Positions 56,224-63,975 of a stretch of 64,000 nucleotides of DNA are shown in pieces. Each line of letters starts with the position of its first letter. Position 1 is the stretch's first letter. The translations under genes were made by a program, and so were the position numbers. The notes under the pieces are model-generated. The model saw only the letters and a list, made by a program, of their open reading frames with translations, did no database searches and was not told the origin of the DNA. Source of the DNA: a virus (lineage: Duplodnaviria; Caudoviricetes); the IMG/VR virus record IMGVR_UViG_3300021387_001034, positions 30,600-94,599 of that record, one strand, 5' to 3'.

Positions 56224-56445
56224 ATGAAAAAGATTTATGTGGTTTTTATTGAGCGATATACTGATTGTGAATGCAGAAATTGGCGTATGGAAAGAGAATA
56301 TGTAAAAACGGATAATATTGCAGCATATATCGAATTAAAGAAAACACAGATTGAATCTCGTAGTTATTGGTGGATGGATTATTGTAAGGGCGCGGATGAC
56401 CGGCCCGATGTTAAAGCAGAAGAACTTGAGATTAAAGTATTTTAA
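56224..56445 (+). CDS. hypothetical protein
   Basis: AAAGGA RBS. Confidence 0.75.
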   Translation: MKKIYVVFIERYTDCECRNWRMEREYVKTDNIAAYIELKKTQIESRSYWWMDYCKGADDRPDVKAEELEIKVF

Positions 56446-56673
56446 TATACCAACGGACAAGGCTTAAGCGCATGATGTCTATATTGAGGAAGTTACTTGA
56501 AAGATAGAACATGCCTCGAATATAGATAAACAGGGCGGTGGGACGCGAGTGGTTGGTACTATTTCCCGACTAATGTCTAAGTCTTTTCGAGTTAATTGAT
56601 TCTCGGTTTCAGCCAACAGAAACAAGCGATGAGGTTTCCCTAGAGGGCGCCAAGAGTGGTCGGGATTTTATAT

Positions 56674-56759
56674 GCCAGAGTAAACCGTAAGTAGTAGCGG
56701 GTGCGACTGTAAATCGCATGTCAATGACTCGGGTGGGGCAGCTCCATCCTCTGGCACCA
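56674..56759 (+). tRNA. trnY: tRNA-Tyr(GUA)
   Basis: TGCGA-CTGTAAA-TCGCA; long variable arm; CCA. Confidence 0.85.
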
Positions 56760-56841
56760 GAACTCCGCAACCAGTAACGTGCTGGCCAATTCCACAAATA
56801 TTGCGGCAAGTTTTCGGGTTCTTGTCAAAAATCCCGTCCAT

Positions 56842-56915
56842 GCCTCTCTAATCCAACTGGCAGAGATGACACGCTCAAAACGTGTAAAGTGTGAGTCCGA
56901 ATCTCACGAGAGGTA
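56842..56915 (+). tRNA. trnL: tRNA-Leu(CAA), short variable loop, T-loop TCCGA
   Basis: ACACG-CTCAAAA-CGTGT. Confidence 0.85.
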
Positions 56916-57227
56916 CGATTGTTGTTCAGCTGACAACCCAGTGGATGGATTTGACGCATCCCATGCTACTACTGTGAGAGGGTTCACGCCTAGGCTTTGC
57001 ATGCGCACCACGACCCATGAAGGTAGCACCGCTAACATGGATTCGTGGGGACGATAAACTACCACCGGCAACAACTGAATTAGAGAAGCCAATTTAAGTG
57101 GCCCAATAAAGTTGTTGATATGTGGCTTAGTGGAAAGCGGTATATAAGAAAGCAAAGTAATGGTCTCCACCATCTCATGTACCAAGTGTACAAAGAGTTT
57201 CCGGATGCGTGGAAGCGCATCCTGCTT

Positions 57228-57299
57228 CTCCGGCTAGTCTAAGGGAAAGAACACGTGGCTACGGACCACGAAATCGGCGTTCAAATCGTCGGCTGGAGA
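57228..57299 (+). tRNA. trnR: tRNA-Arg(ACG)
   Basis: CGTGG-CTACGGA-CCACG. Confidence 0.88.
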
Positions 57300-57341
57300 C
57301 ATCGCGCGAAGGCGCAAATTCATTTTGGAGGTACCTATATT

Positions 57342-57881
57342 ATGAATGAACCCAGACTAAAAATCCTACCACCTTGGACAATTGTGGTACGTAAGCTAGA
57401 AGCTCTATTTGACGGTGACCCACTAATTGCTTTCAATGTGGACTTCAGCGGCGAGCATCCTTCTGTCGTTCTCGCTTGTAGCAACGGAGATAAGGTTGCT
57501 GCTCTTCAGCAGATTCTACCAGAAGAAGTTGGCTTTGGTAATATTAAGCTAAAGGTAATGGTGGATGGAGTCCCAAGCAATCGCGCTTTTAAGAGCAAGG
57601 TTGAACTATTTGATACTGCTTTCAAGGGGAATCCTGCTTATGCATATTCTGTATGCCCTGCAGAAGAAGGTTATCAGTGGATTGGTACTACATATGTTGT
57701 ATTTAACAACTGCGTGGTACAGTTCGCCGCCGATAATCTAAATGATTGCCATGGCGTTATTAGTACTCTATATGAAACAATTGCTAGTGAGCTTCTAACT
57801 GGCCCTGCAACCGAAGGCGTCTTCTTCAATACGAATGTTGAGCGCGCAGGACTTGGAATGCCGCTTGGTGAATGGCCCTAA
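57342..57881 (+). CDS. conserved phage hypothetical protein (VVQFAADNLNDCHG)
   Basis: GGAGG RBS before MNEPRL; the ORF-track start lies inside a tRNA. Confidence 0.85.
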   Translation: MNEPRLKILPPWTIVVRKLEALFDGDPLIAFNVDFSGEHPSVVLACSNGDKVAALQQILPEEVGFGNIKLKVMVDGVPSNRAFKSKVELFDTAFKGNPAYAYSVCPAEEGYQWIGTTYVVFNNCVVQFAADNLNDCHGVISTLYETIASELLTGPATEGVFFNTNVERAGLGMPLGEWP

Positions 57882-57977
57882 TTGACGAGTAATCGGGAAC
57901 AAGTTACCGTAGAAGACTTGCGCGCACAGCGGACCTGTAACGGGGAGAGGAGGTCGTAAATATCCCCTTTCCACTAT

Positions 57978-58050
57978 GCCGTTGTAGCTCAGCTGGTAGA
58001 GCACATCCTTGGTAAGGATGAGGTCGCCAGTTCAACTCTGGCCAGCGGCT
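57978..58050 (+). tRNA. trnT: tRNA-Thr(GGU)
   Basis: canonical cloverleaf. Confidence 0.95.
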
Positions 58051-58126
58051 CAATTGGGTAGTTTAAGTCAAAACCACGTGCTAGCCACCGTGATGTTGGG
58101 TCTGCGAACGGCGCCAACCCCTATAT

Positions 58127-58202
58127 GCCCGTTTAGCTCAGTTGGTAGAGTGCTTCCCTTACAAGGAAGATGTCGGCGGTTCAAGTCCGTCAGCGGGTAC
58201 CA
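58127..58202 (+). tRNA. trnV: tRNA-Val(UAC)
   Basis: CTTCC-CTTACAA-GGAAG; CCA. Confidence 0.93.
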
Positions 58203-58307
58203 AATCCCATAATCGCCAGGATAGTGTGGACCTATGGACGCCCTTTAAAGTTGTTCGCGGTAGTGGAATAACCTTCGCCGTGGCGAAGTAAAAGAGCCAC
58301 GGAATAT

Positions 58308-58379
58308 ACCTCTCTGGCGTAATGGTAGCGTCGCAGACTCTTAATCTGTCAGGTAGGGGTTCAAGTCCCCTGGGAGGTA
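58308..58379 (+). tRNA. trnK: tRNA-Lys(CUU)
   Basis: GCAGA-CTCTTAA-TCTGT. Confidence 0.9.
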
Positions 58380-58383
58380 CTTT

Positions 58384-58455
58384 GCTCGTGTAGCCAACCG
58401 GTAAGGCACTAGACTTTTAATCTAGGTACAGTGGGTTCAATTCCCACCACGGGCA
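58384..58455 (+). tRNA. trnK: tRNA-Lys(UUU)
   Basis: CTAGA-CTTTTAA-TCTAG. Confidence 0.9.
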
Positions 58456-58459
58456 CTAC

Positions 58460-58536
58460 GCCTCGTTAGTTCAGCGGAGTAGAACAACGGCCTTCTAAGC
58501 CGTGTGTCATAGGTTCAATTCCTATACGGGGTACCA
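58460..58536 (+). tRNA. trnR: tRNA-Arg(UCU)
   Basis: ACGGC-CTTCTAA-GCCGT; CCA. Confidence 0.93.
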
Positions 58537-58537
58537 T

Positions 58538-58612
58538 GTGGAATGTGATGAAATTGGTAGCCATGCTCGGCTGTGACCCGGGATTTTGCAGGTTCAAATC
58601 CTGTCGTTCCAC
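58538..58612 (+). tRNA. trnH: tRNA-His(GUG) with genomically encoded G-1:C73
   Basis: G-TGGAATG/CGTTCCA-C; CTCGG-CTGTGAC-CCGGG. Confidence 0.9.
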
Positions 58613-58639
58613 CTTAATTTTTGTTATATAGGTGATAAT

Positions 58640-59104
58640 ATGAAAGCATTAGTAGATAATTTCACTATTGAAGAATTAACACAAAAAGTAAAAGAATCTA
58701 ATTGCTGGAGAGATTTGGTATTAAAATTAGGATATAATTCTGATGGCGGCACTGGTTATAAAACTGTACGAAATCGTGTTGAAAAATATGGTATTGATAC
58801 TAGTCATTTTTATACTCAGGAAAAAATTGAACGCGCACCAGAAAATATATTTGTAGAAAATTCTACCGCTAATCAATCTGTATTACGTCGTTGGTATGTG
58901 AAAGGAAATTATACAGAATATAAATGCGCTATATGTGGATTACCACCAGAATGGCAAGGAAAACCATTGGTATTAACTCTAGACCATATTAATGGAAAAC
59001 ATAGAGATGATAGGTTAGAAAATCTTCGATGGGTATGTCCTAATTGTGATAGACAATTACCTACTTATTCTCGTGGCGCGGGAAGAGTAGATATGAAAGA
59101 ATAA
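58640..59104 (+). CDS. HNH homing endonuclease inserted in the tRNA array
   Basis: CAIC...LTLDHING...DDRLENLRWVCPNC. Confidence 0.9.
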   Translation: MKALVDNFTIEELTQKVKESNCWRDLVLKLGYNSDGGTGYKTVRNRVEKYGIDTSHFYTQEKIERAPENIFVENSTANQSVLRRWYVKGNYTEYKCAICGLPPEWQGKPLVLTLDHINGKHRDDRLENLRWVCPNCDRQLPTYSRGAGRVDMKE

Positions 59105-59118
59105 TTTTCTTTCATTAT

Positions 59119-59193
59119 GCCCAGGTAGCCAAATGGAAAGGCTGGAGACTGAAAATCTCCCACGCGGTGGTCCGATTCCACCCCTGGGCACCA
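59119..59193 (+). tRNA. trnF: tRNA-Phe(GAA), T-loop TCCGA
   Basis: GGAGA-CTGAAAA-TCTCC; CCA. Confidence 0.9.
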
Positions 59194-59197
59194 ATAT

Positions 59198-59226
59198 TTG
59201 ACTTTTAATATAAATTATATTATAAT
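59198..59226 (+). promoter_or_regulatory. sigma-A/70-type promoter
   Basis: TTGACT-N17-TATAAT. Confidence 0.8.
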
Positions 59227-59255
59227 TTATATGTAAGAAAGAAAGGAGCAATGAT

Positions 59256-59414
59256 ATGCTTATTGCAACAGATTATAGAGGTATTGAACTCGTAAAATGT
59301 TCAAACTGTGGTAAAATTTATCCTGTTGATGCGCATGGTTGCCCAGAATGTGGTTCTAATATTATAAGTTTGATATTGAAAGAGGAAGACAATGAGGAAT
59401 CCAAATCGTATTGA
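59256..59414 (+). CDS. 52-aa zinc-ribbon protein
   Basis: AAGGAG RBS; CSNCG...CPECG. Confidence 0.7.
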   Translation: MLIATDYRGIELVKCSNCGKIYPVDAHGCPECGSNIISLILKEEDNEESKSY

Positions 59415-59598
59415 TGAATTTTGTAACGAACTTAAGGCTCTTTGGCATCAAGTACCAGATTGGCGCTTTGGGCAGTTTATTTTTAATATGGAACGTGCCT
59501 GTCGTGTGAATACTGGAAGAGATGTATTTTTCCTTGAAGACGAAGAATTTTTTAAGTTTATGCGCGAATTTTTAAATGAAGTTACACAATCCACCTGA
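59392..59598 (+). CDS. conserved phage hypothetical protein (MRNPNRID...PDWRFGQ)
   Basis: recurrent phage motif. Confidence 0.85.
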   Translation: MRNPNRIDEFCNELKALWHQVPDWRFGQFIFNMERACRVNTGRDVFFLEDEEFFKFMREFLNEVTQST

Positions 59599-59790
59599 TA
59601 TGGCTGTGACTACAAGGCGCGGAAAGGTGGCGGCAATCTCTTACCCGAGCAAGTTGAAACGATATACACCCTTGGGATGAAAAGCCTTAATGAGCAAGAT
59701 AGAGATACCACGTGAGTTTACTGTATATATGTATGTGTAGTCGGTCTCCCTGTGGCCCGTTACGTAGTACGTTGGCACAGGGGAAGCTTC

Positions 59791-59867
59791 CGGGCATTAG
59801 CACAATTGGTGAGCGCGCAGTCCTGATAAGACTGAGGTTTCTGGTTCGATTCCAGAATGCCCGACCA
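59791..59867 (+). tRNA. trnI: tRNA-Ile(GAU)
   Basis: CAGTC-CTGATAA-GACTG; CCA. Confidence 0.93.
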
Positions 59868-59959
59868 CTTCTTATAATAGGAGTCATGACCTATTATAAG
59901 CGAGAAAGAAAACCAGGAAAACCGCGAAGCATCTCGTTAATCACTGCGGCGGTACGCGT

Positions 59960-60030
59960 AGGAGCGTAAGATAATGGTAGTCGCGCGGTCTCCAAAATCG
60001 CTCGTGTTGGTTCGAATCCAGCCGTTCCTG
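59960..60030 (+). tRNA. trnW: tRNA-Trp(CCA)
   Basis: GCGGT-CTCCAAA-ATCGC. Confidence 0.9.
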
Positions 60031-60034
60031 TATA

Positions 60035-60104
60035 AAGACCTGTCAGCAAGTATTTTTATCAAGTATTAGACTGTAAATCTAACCCGCTTCACAAAACAGG
60101 TCTT
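60035..60104 (+). ncRNA. CAGCAA-clamp element 4 carrying a Tyr(GUA)-like anticodon arm
   Basis: AAGACCTGT/ACAGGTCTT + CAGCAA; TTAGA-CTGTAAA-TCTAA. Confidence 0.8.
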
Positions 60105-60110
60105 GTTTAT

Positions 60111-60184
60111 GCCCGAATAATCGAATTGGCATAGGTATCCGGCTTAGAACCGGAGTTTTGGAGGTTCAAATCCTCTTTCGGGCA
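60111..60184 (+). tRNA. trnL: tRNA-Leu(UAG), short variable loop
   Basis: TCCGG-CTTAGAA-CCGGA. Confidence 0.88.
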
Positions 60185-60329
60185 CTACCTATCATTTCAA
60201 AAAGTTTTCCAGTAGGTGTCGTTATGGAAAGCCTCTCGCTATGGTTAATGGTTCAAATTCTGCCAGCAATAAAGCAATAGAGATCCCGCATGGTGAAAGC
60301 GCGCCAATAGGATGCTCAGCGAGTTATAT

Positions 60330-60404
60330 GGGCTTGTAGTTTAATGGCCAGAACAGTTGGTTTGCACCCAGCAGATGAGGTTTCGATTACCTCCAGGTCC
60401 ACCA
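60330..60404 (+). tRNA. trnA: tRNA-Ala(UGC)
   Basis: G3:U70; GTTGG-TTTGCAC-CCAGC; CCA. Confidence 0.92.
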
Positions 60405-60429
60405 TAATAATAAAAAAGAGGAAAGTAAA

Positions 60430-61554
60430 ATGAATGTAATTAATGCTGGAAGTCGTTATCAAATTTATGGAGAAGATGTTAAGACTTATACTCAATTGCC
60501 GGTGGGAACGTACCTTGTCAATTTTAGCCAAATGTCAGGGCACTATCTTTCTATCCGTCATGATTTGACAGTTACCGAGGAAAAAATCTATGGTAATAGT
60601 ATTGAAAAGGTAAAGAAAGTTATGCGTTCTTATAATCTAATGAACCGTAATTTTGGTGTACTTCTTTCTGGCCAGAAGGGAATTGGTAAGAGTCTATTCG
60701 TAAGGCTTCTGGCGCGAGAGGGTATCGCCGCGGGATTGCCTGTTATTACTGTTACCGAATCTGTTCCTGGAATTGCAAATTTTCTTTCTTCAATTGAGCA
60801 AGATTGCATTGTAGTATTCGATGAATTTGAAAAAACTTTTACAATCAATGATGAAGAAAACCAGCAAGATGAATTGCTTTCTCTATTTGATGGTATGGAT
60901 GGCGGCCATAAGCTTTTCATTGTTACCTGTAACAACCTTGAGCAGATAAGTCAGTATATGCTAAACCGGCCTGGCCGTTTCCATTATCATTTTACTATGA
61001 TGCCGCCTACACCAGATGAAGTAAGAGAATATATGGAAGATCAACTTCTTCCTGCATATAAAAACAATATTCATGATATTGTTAATTTGGCAAATGTTGT
61101 TGATATGCCTTATGATTATCTGCGCGCAATTGCTTTTGAACTGAATCAGGGATATTCTCTAAGAGAAGCAATGTCAGACCTTAATATTACTCGTACCGAT
61201 ACTACGCGTTTTGATATTATTGTCTTTCTTAGTAATGGGCTTCGTTTTGAAGAATGGAATTATACCATTGACTTTAATGAGCATGAAAGACAATACTTCC
61301 GTGTGCGGCGCTATGACAAAGATAATTATCCTCATGACTTTTCACTTGGCCTTGATTTGTCCAAGGCTCAAATCGCCGATGGCGATTTTGTAATGACAGA
61401 AGGATTCACTCAGCCACATTGGGATAGTTACGATTTTGAAGGCTCAGAAGAAGAGTGCGATAAATTGGCACGCGAATGGAACGATAATGTTGAGATAACC
61501 AAGGTTGTCCTTCATAAGGTAGCTTGCGCTAACGTTGCGAGGTATATGGTATGA
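60430..61554 (+). CDS. AAA+ ATPase
   Basis: Walker A GQKGIGKS, Walker B VVFDEFEK, NRPGRF arginine finger. Confidence 0.92.
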   Translation: MNVINAGSRYQIYGEDVKTYTQLPVGTYLVNFSQMSGHYLSIRHDLTVTEEKIYGNSIEKVKKVMRSYNLMNRNFGVLLSGQKGIGKSLFVRLLAREGIAAGLPVITVTESVPGIANFLSSIEQDCIVVFDEFEKTFTINDEENQQDELLSLFDGMDGGHKLFIVTCNNLEQISQYMLNRPGRFHYHFTMMPPTPDEVREYMEDQLLPAYKNNIHDIVNLANVVDMPYDYLRAIAFELNQGYSLREAMSDLNITRTDTTRFDIIVFLSNGLRFEEWNYTIDFNEHERQYFRVRRYDKDNYPHDFSLGLDLSKAQIADGDFVMTEGFTQPHWDSYDFEGSEEECDKLAREWNDNVEITKVVLHKVACANVARYMV

Positions 61555-61579
61555 GAATGGAAGATGGAGGATATTAATT

Positions 61580-61990
61580 ATGAAGAAATATCCGGTAATA
61601 ACTCTGTGCGGCTCAACGAAGTTTAAGGAGGATTTTGAGCGTGTTAATAGAGAACTTACCTTGGCTGGCAACATTGTTATTAGTGTTGGTGCTTTTGGTC
61701 ACGCTGGCGATGTCTTCTCGGATGATCAAAAAGTAATGCTTGATGATATTCATAAGCGAAAAATTGATATGGCCGATGAAATTTTTGTAATAAATAAAAA
61801 TGGCTATATTGGCGCCAGTACGCGTAGCGAAATTGAATATGCTAAAGATCATGGCAAGCCAGTTAATTATATGGAACCGGTTTGCCATTCTTGGCGCAAG
61901 TTTAATGATGGTTGGTTTGACTATTATTATAATACTGCAACAGGTGAACAAAAGTTACACCTTGATGCAGATGATATTGAAGTTGACTAA
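61580..61990 (+). CDS. DUF4406 / nucleoside-deoxyribosyltransferase-like protein
   Basis: ITLCGSTKF...HKRKIDMADEIFVIN..GYIG.STRSEIEYA. Confidence 0.8.
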   Translation: MKKYPVITLCGSTKFKEDFERVNRELTLAGNIVISVGAFGHAGDVFSDDQKVMLDDIHKRKIDMADEIFVINKNGYIGASTRSEIEYAKDHGKPVNYMEPVCHSWRKFNDGWFDYYYNTATGEQKLHLDADDIEVD

Positions 61991-61991
61991 T

Positions 61992-62078
61992 GGCCACTTA
62001 ACTAGTAAAGTTACTAGGCCCGCCTCGAAAGCGGTGCGCGCTGAAAGGCGTGGGGAGCGGTACCTCAGGTGGTCGCCA
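61992..62078 (+). tRNA. trnS: tRNA-Ser(CGA), unusual D and T loops
   Basis: CCGC-CTCGAAA-GCGG; long variable arm; G73 CCA. Confidence 0.8.
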
Positions 62079-62103
62079 TTATATATTAAATGGAGTGATA
62101 TAT

Positions 62104-62352
62104 ATGCGTAGTACTGCCGAAAAACGCCATAATGATTGGAAAAAGGCTATACGTAAACGGAAAATTGTTGAAGAAGTATACAAATGGCCTGAAGGATGGT
62201 ACGATAATCTTCATCAGTACTCCAAGAATAAAATATATTGTTCATGCCCTTTATGTCGCGGTTTAACTAAGCATGGTGAAAATACAATTTCCGATAAGCG
62301 CAAACTTGAAGAAATGAAAGATCAAATGCTTGACAATGATGAAAATTTATGA
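62104..62352 (+). CDS. basic hypothetical protein with CSCPLC
   Basis: GGAG RBS before MRSTAEKRH. Confidence 0.8.
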   Translation: MRSTAEKRHNDWKKAIRKRKIVEEVYKWPEGWYDNLHQYSKNKIYCSCPLCRGLTKHGENTISDKRKLEEMKDQMLDNDENL

Positions 62353-62358
62353 TATAAT
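62330..62358 (+). promoter_or_regulatory. sigma-A/70-type promoter
   Basis: TTGACA-N17-TATAAT with TG. Confidence 0.75.
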
Positions 62359-62538
62359 TATTACAGAAAGAGAGATAAGAGTAGAATTAAGAGGCAACAT
62401 GATTGAGCTTGCAAAACATATGTAAATCATCTCCTTTCTTTCCCGTCATGGTTGGTCATTACTGGTTCGATTCCAGTGTCGGGCGGTCTGATAGCCAGGC
62501 CCGTTAAAATAGGCTTTCGCGGCAAAAGCCGCATTTAT

Positions 62539-62611
62539 CGAGAATGTAGTGTAATCTGGTAACACGGGTGCTTCGGGAGCACCAGTTGCGGTTCAAATCC
62601 GACATTTTCGA
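62539..62611 (+). tRNA. trnP: tRNA-Pro(CGG), apparent 8-bp acceptor and short T stem
   Basis: GGTGC-TTCGGGA-GCACC; CGAGAATG/CATTTTCG. Confidence 0.8.
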
Positions 62612-62616
62612 CTTTG

Positions 62617-62717
62617 TAGATAGTAACAGCAATATAACAGTATGTCGCTGGTTCGAGTCCAGTCCCACCCGTTCGGATGGGTAGCTCAATTGGTAGAGCA
62701 ATTGTCGATGCTATCTA
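62617..62717 (+). ncRNA. CAGCAA-clamp element 5 with circularly permuted tRNA (YrlA-like topology)
   Basis: TAGATAGTA/TGCTATCTA + ACAGCAA; T arm GCTGG-TTCGAGT-CCAGT, closed acceptor CCCACCC-GTTC-GGATGGG, D arm TAGCTC-AATTGGTA-GAGC. Confidence 0.87.
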
Positions 62718-62721
62718 GTTG

Positions 62722-62816
62722 TAGGCCATTACAGCAATTTTATAATAAAGGTTGAAGAAAATTTTTTGATGTTAAAATTTTTGAGAAGGTTCAATTCCTT
62801 CATTTTAAATGGCCTA
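62722..62816 (+). ncRNA. CAGCAA-clamp element 6 with T-arm cargo
   Basis: TAGGCCATT/AATGGCCTA + ACAGCAA; GAAGG-TTCAATT-CCTTC. Confidence 0.8.
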
Positions 62817-62825
62817 GCTTTTTAT

Positions 62826-62934
62826 TAGACCAAACAGCAATGTAATCTGCTCTTAGCAGAAGTAGTATAAGGGTAGTACATTTACCGTAAAAAGTAAAAG
62901 ATTGTGGTTCGAATCCGCACTTTAATTTGGTCTA
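62826..62934 (+). ncRNA. CAGCAA-clamp element 7 with non-permuted D/anticodon/T cargo
   Basis: TAGACCAAA/TTTGGTCTA + CAGCAA; TAGTATAAGGGTAGTAC, TTTAC/GTAAA, TGTGG-TTCGAAT-CCGCA. Confidence 0.8.
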
Positions 62935-63152
62935 GCATTATTTGAATAGAATATACATGAAGTTCATGTATATCACTAGATTGCCGCGTTGGTGAGTTAA
63001 ATCCTGTACCCTTGTATCAGAAATGAGAAACTCGGATAGGTTCAGCAGGATAGGACGAAATAAAAGGGTATTAGAATAAGTCCCAGACCTTTTTGAAAGA
63101 GGCAGAGTAGTATCTGCAACTCTTCCGCGGCGTTTTTTTCATTGGAGGAAAT

Positions 63153-63368
63153 ATGTATACATTAGAGGATGGAACGCAAGTAGATGGCATTATTGACAAA
63201 ATACAAATGCCAAATGGAAAAGTATATGCACTTCAATGTAAATTGATTGAAGCACATCCAATTACTTGTCCTAAATGCGGCAGTACATTTGAATTATCAT
63301 TCGGGCACGGTAGGTGCGATTTTTGCGGTACGTATTTTACTACTGAATTTAAGATTACTGAAGTTTAA
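63153..63368 (+). CDS. zinc-ribbon protein
   Basis: GGAGG RBS; CPKC...CDFC. Confidence 0.8.
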   Translation: MYTLEDGTQVDGIIDKIQMPNGKVYALQCKLIEAHPITCPKCGSTFELSFGHGRCDFCGTYFTTEFKITEV

Positions 63369-63371
63369 TAT

Positions 63372-63458
63372 GACACTATGGCGGAATGGTAACGCACCTG
63401 ATTGCTAATCAGAGGTTACTTGTAAAAGGGTATGCACGTTCGAGCCGTGCTAGTGTCG
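63372..63458 (+). tRNA. trnS: tRNA-Ser(GCU)
   Basis: CTGA-TTGCTAA-TCAG; long variable arm. Confidence 0.88.
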
Positions 63459-63461
63459 CGT

Positions 63462-63599
63462 ATGCGGTGGTGGAATAGGTAGACACAAGTGCTTGAAGGG
63501 AGAGACTGTTTGGTAACCCACTTCACAAGAAGGGTTGACTTACGCCCATCAAAAGGTAAGCGGCAGGCAAATATGCAAGGTGCAAATCCTTGTCCGCAT
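63462..63599 (+). ncRNA. tRNA-Leu-like shell with anticodon arm replaced by ~85-nt insert
   Basis: ATGCGG/CCGCAT; TGGTGGAATAGGTAGACAC; GCAAGG-TGCAAAT-CCTTGT. Confidence 0.7.
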
Positions 63600-63623
63600 T
63601 AAATAATAGTTTAAATTAGTATA

Positions 63624-63758
63624 TGGTGGCGGAATAGGTAGACGCTATGGGCAAGACAGATAAAGGGAGAACAGCTATTAGGTTAGCAGTATTGCTGAAT
63701 TATACTAAGGCAATATATTAGATTCGGGGCTGTCATGTGAGGTGCAAATCCTCACCCA
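63624..63758 (+). ncRNA. second tRNA-Leu-like shell with ~90-nt insert
   Basis: TGGCGGAATAGGTAGACGC; GTGAGG-TGCAAAT-CCTCAC. Confidence 0.7.
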
Positions 63759-63795
63759 CTTTGAATTAATTAACAATGTAAATGGATGCGATAAA

Positions 63796-63975
63796 ATGGC
63801 TAAACCAAAGCGAAAACCGCGACCGTCCATGCCACGTTGGTGGTGGTTGGATACCGATGGATGCTGGTGGTGTAACAATCGCAACAACTGTAGCTCCTGT
63901 AAGATTCTCAGAAAATCAGTACCAAAGAAAAGAGAGTTGCAGGAGCGGGAGAAAATGAAATCAAACCGTGACTAA
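63796..63975 (+). CDS. small basic Cys/Trp-rich protein
   Basis: MAKPKRKPRPSMPRWWWLDTDGCWWC...C..C. Confidence 0.65.
   Translation: MAKPKRKPRPSMPRWWWLDTDGCWWCNNRNNCSSCKILRKSVPKKRELQEREKMKSNRD

Noticed and set aside
56916-57225. tmRNA
   Set aside because: GGATTTGAC resembles the 5' motif, but no Ala acceptor stem, T arm with CCA or tag frame was found.
58056-58122. Additional tRNA between Thr and Val
   Set aside because: D-like arm present but anticodon and T loops are non-canonical; at best a degenerate tRNA-like element.
59600-59790. RNase P RNA (GGAAAG, GGCAATCTC...GAGCAAG, AGATAGA words)
   Set aside because: Too short and lacks the P4 GUCC/GGCU pairing; the words are explained by local hairpins.
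51903-60531. ORF-track entries overlapping tRNAs/ncRNAs (e.g. 51903, 52138, 53435, 54105, 56779, 58009, 59712)
   Set aside because: No RBS, atypical composition, and overlap with clear RNA genes.
62617-62934. CRISPR-like or IS/MITE repeats for the CAGCAA elements
   Set aside because: The stems covary rather than repeat, no target-site duplications are evident, and the cargo is tRNA-derived.
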